Below are positions 54,291 through 64,000 of a DNA stretch of 64,000 nucleotides, in pieces. The DNA lies in contig OX597816.1 in NCBI GenBank assembly GCA_951406725.2, positions 130,820,001 to 130,884,000 of the forward strand, given 5' to 3'. This stretch comes from Octopus vulgaris. Its lineage: Eukaryota. Made by a program: the position numbers and the translations under genes. Position 1 is the first letter of the stretch. Each line of letters begins with the position of its first letter. The notes beneath the pieces are model-generated. The model searched no databases. It was not told where the DNA came from and saw nothing but the letters and a program-made list of their open reading frames with translations.

Positions 54291-54514
54291 TATTATTATT
54301 ATTATTATTACCTTTTGCGAGGAGATCTTCAGAACATTGAAGTAGAAATGGGGAAAATATATTGATATACTAACTGATTCGTCTCAGTGTCTTTATGATA
54401 CTGCTGCCGGTGGAGCAGTCATGCTTATGATCCAAATTTATTGTAAAATCTTTGCAGTTTTGGCCAACTAGTTGTTTTATCGGCATAGTGTATCTAGCAA
54501 TAATATCTAATATA

Positions 54515-54715
54515 TGAAGGGGTGCCGAAAAGTTCCTGGTTTTAAGGGTGCCGCGAAATGCCTGGCTGGTGTTCTTTTATAGGCTTAGAAAAACTGAGGG
54601 ATCGCTGCAACAAGTGTGTGAATCTAAAAAGGGGATATATTGAATAAAATCATAATTAACTGATTCCCCGGAATTTGCATTTACCCAAAGTCAGGAACTT
54701 TTCAGCACTCCCTCG
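54515..54715 (+). mobile_element. mariner-derived MITE
   Basis: TIRs tgaaggggtgccgaaaagttcctg and caggaacttttcagcactccctcg with TA flanks. Internal RCNKCVNLK..YIE* is a transposase C-terminal remnant. Confidence 0.75.
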
Positions 54716-55588
54716 TATATCTTTCCTTTTTAAGGTGTTAAGAGCTGTGATTTGAAACAGATTTCGCTTCTATTATTATCAGTTAGAGCGAGCGCGTAAA
54801 CATTCACGTATCGGCTTTTATCGACTAAAAAGCGGCAAATCCTAAACGTATCAGGTCGTTGCTACCCCATGAAAGTAGAGAAAACTTTGTTGTAATATCT
54901 TGGTAAAGTCAGTATACTAAAGCTCATTTGCCTACCACACGATATACAGTTTCTTGGAAATAAAAATACGGTGTGGTGCGAACCGCCGACAGTTCGTCTT
55001 GCATTTCAACCGCTCAACAACTGGACCATCTGTAACTACTTAACTTCGGAGGAAGTTAAGGCATTAAGCTTTCATTCAACTTCGTATACCACTGTTTCAC
55101 GGCCGCCATTTCTCATGGTAGTATTAACCTTGAAAAACTGTTAATTTTATTCTCACGCTTAGATTGCGATCAATTTGAGAAAACGTATAGTAATTATCAG
55201 GTCGTCTGCTTGATAATGAAATATTTAAGGTCAAACTTCAGACGTAAAACATAAATGAATGTTAAACCATAACAGCTTTCTATGGCAAGTATGTCTCTTA
55301 TTACACATTCATATAATGAATGAAGCCATGCAAATCTCTACAATAAAGTCAGTGCTTATTGCTGTACTAGAGAAGTCAGTTGTCAGAAATTCACCGGATT
55401 AATGTTAATCAGGCTGGTAATGAAAGAATAACATTATCAAAATTTCAATGTGAGACAACTATAAGTTAACCCAGAAGTATACGCATATATTCTTATACAA
55501 CCCAACTGCAACATATTTAGATTTCGTAAGTTAGAACTGGTTAAATATTTTTAAGACTGTTGTTTCAGGCACTTTTACTTCTTTTCAT

Positions 55589-55621
<33 letters not shown>

Positions 55622-55968
55622 CACACACACACACGCGCGCATGCAGCATGCACACACACACACACACAGTGCTTTATTTTGTTGTTATAAACAAATATAC
55701 GTATATTAATTGAAACATGTGTGAGATGAAAGTTCACATTTTTTAAAACATTTCTATTGGAGGTCGTTCTAGTCGGAGGACAAGAGGCAAAGCGTCTACA
55801 CAATTTTTAGATGGCCAAATGATAAAAGATTGAAGATAATACAGGTAACAAATAAATTAGTTCTTATGTATAACACAAATAGTAAAGAGAATATTTTCTT
55901 TGAGTACCATAACTGGAAATGTATCTCATTTATTTTAATATATATCTCAGTTTTATATGACGTATGTA

Positions 55969-56046
<78 letters not shown>

Positions 56047-56524
56047 TCCTCCACTGCTTAAAGTAGAAGAAATAGAAAATATCGATCGTACTCTGTATAA
56101 TATTAATGGTAATCTCAATTGTAAGTGACTTATGGGCTTTTAATGCACCCCTTCTCTCACATCTTTTATCTCCACCATTTTTTTAAAGGAAAGAAAGAAA
56201 AATCGATCTTTTATATAGTTCCTAAATGTTTTGAACGACAATGTAACCTAATCTCAAGTTGCAGTGCATTGATAATTTCCAAATTAGAATGAAACAAATT
56301 TAAATTTATCTGCATCTATTTAAAAAAAAACACAAGAAAATGAATTATTTAGAAGCATAATATAATAAGTATATAAAAAAGTCTCTCTCCAAGCAATTCT
56401 CTCTCCCCTTGAGGGAAATTTCTCCCCCACTTTTATTTCATAGCAAACCCTACATTTCTCTGTCTCTTACACTAAAAACAAACGCAGGTGGCAGCAGTGG
56501 TAATCGCCAGTCAAATTTCACACG

Positions 56525-56580
<56 letters not shown>

Positions 56581-56581
<1 letters not shown>

Positions 56582-57878
56582 TAGCAGAAGTGCCCGGCGT
56601 TGCTCGGGGCTTAATTGCTTTAAAGTACTCTTAATGATTTTACTCAATTATGATTAGTGAGGCAAATATTGATATAAGTTTACGGCCAACCAATCGATTT
56701 GCAACTGGATAGAAAGCCCTGCAAAGAGCATTACAACACTCACAGAAGGGGGTAACAATAGAATGTGAGGTGGCCCTGAAAAGGCTGTGTTATCGTTCTC
56801 ACAATTGTAACAATTTGGTAGGTAGTCCTGGAAGGGTGTGTAAAACGTTCGCAGGTGAATACGATGTCTTCGTTTTCCACCAACGGCAGCGGACGTACTG
56901 TTACAAAACTTCATGCTCTGTGAAAACAGAATAGATGCCCTATGGAGGAAAGAGGGTGGGTTAATCGTGGGTAAGTAAATACAGGTAAGTTTGAAAATAT
57001 ACAACAATAGCATCTACTCACCATATGTCGGAGCGTCGAGGATAAAATCCCCCCAGCTTTGTTCCGAACAGAATTAATAACAGAATTGTAAGCGAACTTC
57101 TGTTGTGATAGGAGCTTTGGCTCATTCTCCGCTGTGTACTGAGCAAGCTCGTCAACATTATAACATGTGTCACGCAGCAAATCCGAAGACAGTGTGCTTG
57201 CGCCTTCTCGGTTTGTTGAAGGTCGGCCATACACCGCCAACGCACTACCGCCCAAATTGAGAACAGTATCTTCGATTTCAAGCAGCCCCCTGTTGTAAAT
57301 GAGATCACTGTACCCGACCTTCATTGATCGATTTAACAACTGAGCCTGACGCAGGAAATCTTTGTAGGTAATCTTTGTAGGTAAGCCATAAAGAGGCGGG
57401 ATCACCCAAGTAGCGCTATAGAATAGCGAAAAGCGATCTTGTTCTTTTAGGGGATTTTAACAAAACGCCCTCCGCCATAGTGGCGCCCTATTGTGAATCG
57501 TCCTCGAAAAGTCCACGCCTGAAGTAGGCTTCCCGGAAAGTGTCACATAATTCACCGTCAACAGTTCTTATTTCTTGAAAGTTCTGTGCGCCGAAAACGT
57601 TATGGAGGAGAAGGCGCAGGTGAAACCACACATGCTGGTTGGGAGGTACAGTGCAGACTCTTCCTAGACAACTGTTAAACTTGACACCGGGATGTCTTTG
57701 AACATCCTGGCCTGACTTCCTACGCGCCTAAGTGTTCTTTGACCACACATAGTAGGACACATCCTGAGGGTATAAAAGTGTTTTAGCAAATGTGCCAAGT
57801 TGGCCACGCCTAAAGAAACCAGTCAAAGTTGTTTCTTTTGGATTGCCCAGTCTTTGGATTGCACCAGTCTGTTCAGTA
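56581..57878 (-). mobile_element. Helitron remnant with Rep/Hel coding fragments and intact 3' terminus
   Basis: Minus strand ends cccgagcaacgccgggcacttctgCTAG. Translations KETTLTGFF..AKTLLY, HLRLLLHNV and LLEIEDTVL..QQKFAYNSVINSV are typical of the Helitron Rep-Pif1 linker. Confidence 0.85.
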
Positions 57879-57879
57879 A

Positions 57880-58270
57880 AGTAAGCCCACTGCCACTGTA
57901 ATGGTATGGGGAGCTGATCGAGTGTGTTGGAACCATAAACTCTGAAAAATACATCGAAATATTTAAGCAAGAACTACTTCCGATGTATTCACACAATAAC
58001 ATAACGAAAAATCAATTTTTATTCATGGAAAATGGGGCTCCATGCCACACAGCGAACAGGAATCAACAATGGTTGACTGAAAATGGGATCAAAAAGCTTC
58101 CTTGGTCGAGCTAATCTCCTGACATAAACCCAATTGAAAATCTTTGGAGCATACGAAAAACTCAACAGAAACCTAAATCTAAAGATGAATTGTTTCAATT
58201 GTTGCGTGAAAAATGGACAGAAATTCCACAAGAGACAATCACAAATCAGCTAAATACTAAAGTATGTAGT
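57880..58270 (+). mobile_element. Tc1-like transposase catalytic fragment
   Basis: Plus-strand translation GTINSEKYIEI...FMENGAPCHTA...LPWSS*SPDINPIENLW. Confidence 0.8.
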
Positions 58271-59389
58271 CCTACCTATCGATTACATTTCAATTGTTCG
58301 CTTTGCGTATTAAATAAAAAAATTTTGAAAATTAAAGGTGTCTATTTACTTCCGGCATGTCTATGTATGTATGTATGTATGTATGTATGTATGTATGTAT
58401 GTATGTATGTATGTATGTATGTAGGTAGGTATGTATGCTTGCATGTATGTATGTCTGCATGTATGTATGCATGTATGTATGCATGCATGCAAGTACGTAT
58501 GTATGTATGTATGTATGTATGTATGTATGTATGCATGTATATATGTATGTATGTATGTATGTATGGATGGATGGATAGATGGATGGATGGATGGATGGAT
58601 GAATATCCCACCTATGTGCCATACAAAATGTATATACACCACTGAAAGGCATAAGGTTATGGTTTTTGTCCGAAACAATTTCTTCATATACATGCTGTAT
58701 TATGTAATATAAACGACCAGCAGGGACTTACGAGAACGTCAGACGTGTTTTACCCTACCAGGGTCTTGTCAAAGCCGAGTACCCTTTTGTCATTTGCTGG
58801 GACGAAATTCGTTCTTCGTCAAATGGGAAGATGAAAAGTTCATTGAAAGAAATATTAATAAAATCCTCAGTGTGGGATCAGGAAGACGAGGTGGTGTGCG
58901 TTACGGGAGAAAGATCCGAGTATTTGAGATGGTGGGTGCGATGAGATAGAAAGAAGTGAGGTCTGTTGTCTTCATTTTGCAGTTTTCAGACGATAGAGAT
59001 AGCTCGACAAGTGGTAGAGGAGGAGGTGTGAAACAGATCAAGGGTCAGAGACGTAGATATAGTATATCGGGTGATATTAAATTGTGCAGACAATTCAGAA
59101 TGTCAGAAAATTTAGAATGTCAGAAAATTCAGCTGTGTTTGTGTAAAGAGATACGAAATACGTTCAGAAAGTATCCGACTTTATTATTGATTTTACCTCA
59201 CCAAACTAACGCCGCGTGGGCAAAATCCTCTGGGTAGAAGGTGACACCATTTTTCTTGCACCTGAGTAAAAATTTTGGCGTCGGTAGGCTGCGTCACTTA
59301 CCGGTTGTTACATCTGGAGTACAGACGTGTAGTGAGCGCTTGTCGGATCTTCGTTTTCATGCAAGATGAGTGAACACATCGAGCTGAGA

Positions 59390-60020
59390 TCACAAATCCG
59401 TGTCTCATCACCAGTGATGATGTTCATCATGAAGTCTTTTCAAAGCCCAGCGTGTCCTGAGCGATTTTCAATTTGATTTGCTTTTGTTGCTCCGCCAGCA
59501 TCATGGGGACGAATTTCTCCGATACTCACCGCATGGACAATTCCTCCATTAAAATGGAATTTTCTTATTCCCACTTCGTGAGAAATTTCCTAGGTTGTTA
59601 CATGACAGTCTTCTATGACTATTCGCCATACTTCTTCAATTGACTCCTCGTTTCGACTTGTGGATGGCCTACTTACTTTTCCACAGAGGTGAGGCCATAT
59701 TTGAAGCGGTTGATCTGAGTTTTGTCCATGGCATCATCACCAAAGGCCTTCTGAATATTCTGGATGGTTTAAGCTTGAGTATCACCCAAGCTTTTGCCAA
59801 AACCTTATGCAATATATTTGCTCGATGAGTTCAGTGAAACGAAAACCAGAAGAGAGCACACTACACACCCGTACTCTAGACCAGGGACTGACACAGCTTA
59901 CCAGCGCAAAACTTTTTACGCATGTACAGGAAGGGTGGCTTCACCTCTCACCCAAAGGATCTTGCCCCCACGGTATTTGTTTAGATCGGAAAAATAAAGT
60001 CGAATACTTTTTGAACGCAT
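59390..60020 (-). mobile_element. mariner 5' half, decayed
   Basis: Minus-strand fragments QKAFGDDAMDKTQ, RPSTSRNEESIEEV, KFVPMMLAEQQKQ and NIITGDET. Confidence 0.8.
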
Positions 60021-60044
60021 TTTGCACATTTATTAATAAGTCAC

Positions 60045-60400
60045 GGTGTTTGGGTAATGAACAAAAGAGTACGATCCCGAATACTAGCGGCCGAAATGAA
60101 GTTCGTCCGAAAGATCTATGAAGTAACATTACCCGAAAGATCTATGAAGTAACATTACCCGAAAGATCTATGAAGTAACATTACCCAACAGAGTGCGTAA
60201 CTTAGAGATGGGGAGTCTCTTCAGATCGAGCTGCTACTTCTCCGTATTGAGAAGTCACAGCTTCGATACTACTGACATGTGATTAGAATGGTAGAGGAAA
60301 GAATCGCAAGACGGATTCTTCAAGCCGATCAAACAGACAGGAGACTTAGTGAAAAACCAAGATGATTGGATAATGTCCATAGTCTTAGTTGGTCCCACTT
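60045..60400 (+). mobile_element. RTE LINE C-terminal remnant
   Basis: WVMNKRVRSRILAAEMKFVRKI...RIEKSQLRYY*HVIRMVEERI. Confidence 0.7.
60107..60186. repeat. Three perfect tandem copies of a 26-bp unit
   Basis: ccgaaagatctatgaagtaacattac at 60107, 60133 and 60159. Confidence 0.95.
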
Positions 60401-61885
60401 GGGAATCCAACTGGAAAGTGTAATGGCAGTTGTTTCAGGTGCCTAAGGAAGCTCACAACACTCCCAGGAGTAGTGGGCGGAGAAGATGGATAGATGGATG
60501 GATGGATAATAACTTCAGTGAAAGCTGAATTCAGATAGATTTCTTCAATGCAAGACAAGAGATTGTCGAACAATTTTTGGAGGCTGGTGAACTTTGGAGT
60601 GGTAGAGAAAGCAGATAAATGGCTGAAGATGACTGAAGTTCAGATTAAATAAGATTGTGAATAAGACTAAGAAAAAATACGTGTAAGCACAGAGACCACT
60701 TCTCAGAAAGAAGTTGCTATTAGAGTGTGGTGTGATTAATGATAAATAAAATATATGAGATTAAGGATTTTGCTTCAGAAAATAAAAAAAATTATGTTTT
60801 GAGTGAAGTAAAAATGATGGATAGGATCGAGTGCGAACAGAATTACTCGGATTTTGGTATAATTCAAAAGACTGGTAATGATTATTATTTGGCTTTATGA
60901 TTCATAAGCTCTCATTGTTTTGATGGAAAGAGAGGAAGAGAAAATTACTCTTCATGGGTTGTTGCAAACAAATACTTGGAACTCTCTAAGAAGCCCAAAT
61001 ATTGTATTAGAGGGAATTCTATCGATCACACTCTTCTAGCAAATAAACGATCTTCTATACAATTCTTCTTTTGTCCACCATTTATGCGGCGATGCTGCGA
61101 CACCACTTTTAGAGGCATTATTTCAGCCGATTCTGTTGAGCCAAGTCTCGTATCTATGTGATAATTCTCGTAAGAGGAGAAAGGGAGAGAGTAACTAATC
61201 TGACAAATACCACTGCATATTTTTGTTCGAGTACTGGTTTTCATCCAACACATACGCACACATACACACACATACACACACGTGCGTGTGTACGTTTGTG
61301 CATAAACATATGTACATGCATGTATACGATGGGCTTCCTTGCGGTTTCTCTCAACCAAATTTCACGAATTAACAAGATATTTATCAACTCTATGATATCA
61401 TTAAAGACACTTTGCTCAAAGTACCGCGCAGTGAGATAGAACCTGGAGCTATGTTGTAAAGAAGCAAATTGCTTAGTTGTATGTAAAAATTGTACCCATA
61501 TGAAAGATAAGAACCTGAATTAAGTTTAAATTAATGTTTCGTTCGTTATAATCATTAAATTGCTAATTAAGTAATGAATAAATTAATTCTTAATTATTTA
61601 ATTCGTTGTAGAATGATCTTGAAACCGGTTAATTTATTTCGATGATTGCTAATATAAAGTTCACCAAAAGTATGTAAAACATGAATTAATGTCAAACTGT
61701 TTGCCTTTCATGTATACACGCGCATACAGACTCAGACACACACACACGCACACATACTCATAGAAAGGCATTATATAAAATGTACACAAACTCTCTGTTT
61801 CTTAGTCACTCCACTTCTGTCCGTTTGTCTTTCTACCACACATTCAAAAATATACATATACACCTGTACATAAATATACATGTGT

Positions 61886-61951
<66 letters not shown>

Positions 61952-61953
<2 letters not shown>

Positions 61954-62166
61954 TCTTTTATTCTTTTATTTGTTTCAGTCATTTGACTGCGGCCATACTG
62001 GAGCACCGCCTTTAGCGAACAAATCGACCGCAAGACTTATTTTTTGTAGGCCTAGCACTTATTCTCTCGGTCGCTTTTGCCGACCCGCAAAGTTACGGGA
62101 ACGTAAGCACACCAACATCGGTTGTCAAGCGATGGGACGGAAGGAATACGTAGACACACACACACA

Positions 62167-62227
<61 letters not shown>

Positions 62228-62390
62228 GGCGGGATTCTTTCAGTTTCAGTCTGCAAAATCCATTCACAAGGCTTTGGTCGGCCCTGGGCTATAGTAGAAC
62301 ACACTTGTCCAAGGTGCAACGCAGTGGGACTGAACTCGGAATCATGTGGCTGGTAAGCAAGCTACCTACCACACAGCCACCCCTACGCCT
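61952..62390 (-). mobile_element. SINE family C, near full length
   Basis: All family C blocks are present, with an internal CA/TA tract. Confidence 0.88.
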
Positions 62391-62436
62391 ATATATATAT
62401 ACATATACATACATAAATACATGCATACATACATAC

Positions 62437-62496
<60 letters not shown>

Positions 62497-62497
62497 G

Positions 62498-62592
<95 letters not shown>

Positions 62593-62930
62593 TGCACTCA
62601 GTTAATTCACAAGTAACGATTTTCATTAAATACTAATTCATTTGCATTCATCAGATTATTTATTCAACCTGACGGCTTTTCGCAATTCCCTAACTTGTTT
62701 TATTCGCTGTTTTCTATATTGAAAGCAGCAAATCTCGCCTTGTCATATGTGTGGCTGCAATTAATTGTCACTGACAAAGACGAACTACATCCGGTGCTCT
62801 CGCTACCCGCTGCAGGGGCGACTTTTCGTCTACACAGCATATAAGGGATATTTTCTCAGACGTAAAATGCAGTAACTTGCCTGGTAACAGAGTATATACA
62901 TTGAGTATGATACACAGATGGATATAAATA

Positions 62931-63864
62931 TAGGGTGCATTGAATAAATTGTCGCCCAAATTATGCAAAAATGAAAATAGCACTGACATCTCATTTTAAC
63001 AGATATATTCATCAAAATTACATGAAAATATCTTGAAATACTAAAGAGCAAATTTATTCAATAAATAGGCCATTCGCTTCAACCACGGCCTCCAGACGAC
63101 TTCGGAATCTGCTGCAACTCTTCTGGACGGTTTCCTTGTTTAAGTTGCTGAATGCTGTCATAATACTTGCCTTCAGTTCATCTTTGGTGTTGCAAGAAGT
63201 TTTGTTGGTCTCTCGCTCAACTGCACCCCACGCATAATAATCAAAGGGGTTGTAGTCTGGGTTGGGGCACGTACACCCGCCCCCAGACTGCAACCCCTTT
63301 GATTATTTTGTGTGGGGTGCAGTTGGGCGAGAGACTAACAGAACTTCTTACAACACCAAAGATGGGGCAGCAGAAATTTTCTGACAGCCATGACTGGGTT
63401 CTCCTGCTTGTATGACATAGTGCACAATCCGGTTGCCAGGATTAGGGTCTTCCAGTAGTCACCTCTTGACCCAGGGCAGCACTGCCTCCTCCAGGCAATT
63501 GATGTAGGACTCCGTGGTGAGTGGGAAGATGAATGGATGCATAACGTCGCCATCACAAGTGGTCACTCTAAACACTATGATATTGACTGCATGTTTGATT
63601 TTCATCACTCTCGGTACGTATCCTCAGATTGCACTGTCCTCAGACTGACACCCAAACACTCTGAAATATTCGTTTTGGAGCTTCCAGTGCGAATGCCAAA
63701 CAGTACAGTATGTCGTCTCCAAATTTCTGGAAGAGTGAATTGCGTCATGGTGCTGTTTTTCTCACAGTCGGTACCCAACTGTGTAATCGACAAAATCAAA
63801 AATACAAATGCGCATGCGCGAAATTAAAAATGTATGGTAGCGACAACTTACTTATCGCACCCTA
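62931..63864 (-). mobile_element. Internally deleted maT (DD37D-like) Tc1/mariner element with both TIRs
   Basis: TIRs tagggtgcattgaataaattgtcgc and gcgacaacttacttatcgcacccta. ORF 63054-63293 has PDYNPFDYYAWG..RFRSRLEAVVEANG and ORF 63605-63799 is an HTH-like N-terminus (ISECLGVSLRTVQ). Confidence 0.82.
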
Positions 63865-64000
63865 TATATATATATATATATATAAACACATTATCTGTTT
63901 ATCTTTCATATATCACGTGTGTGTGCATGCGTGTGCGTGCGCGCGGGTATGCACATAAATGCATATATACCTGCATGCATACATACATACATACATACAT

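Noticed and set aside
58735-58780. Hammerhead-like UUGACAA-GACCC..GGGU-AAAACACGUC (U3-A8) on the minus strand
   Set aside because: G12 is missing and stem I does not pair convincingly, so it is at best a decayed copy.
60107-60186. CRISPR-like repeat
   Set aside because: The units are directly adjacent with no spacers, the context is eukaryotic, and no cas genes are present.

Overview
This is AT-rich, microsatellite-dense eukaryotic DNA, intergenic or deep intronic, and I found no credible host-gene exon. The tRNA-derived SINE families and the simple-repeat load resemble an octopus (cephalopod) genome, which is an inference. Most ORFs in the supplied track are translated microsatellites. The real content is transposable elements: three or four tRNA-derived SINE families, LINE remnants (CR1/Jockey-group, RTE, Dong/R4-like), Tc1/mariner/maT remnants and MITEs, a Helitron Rep/Hel remnant, and a Penelope-like (Naiad-type) retroelement with RT and GIY-YIG domains. 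The strongest unexplained signal is a set of minimal type-I hammerhead ribozyme motifs in several unrelated repeat contexts. One has a fully canonical core (51497-51589, minus), and two others carry compensatory swaps at the catalytic 3-8 pair (A3-U8 and G3-C8). One motif sits in a 259-bp palindrome inside a 1.8-kb composite Helitron present twice in the window, and a degenerate one lies downstream of a tRNA-like Pol III head. All calls were made by eye, with no database searches.
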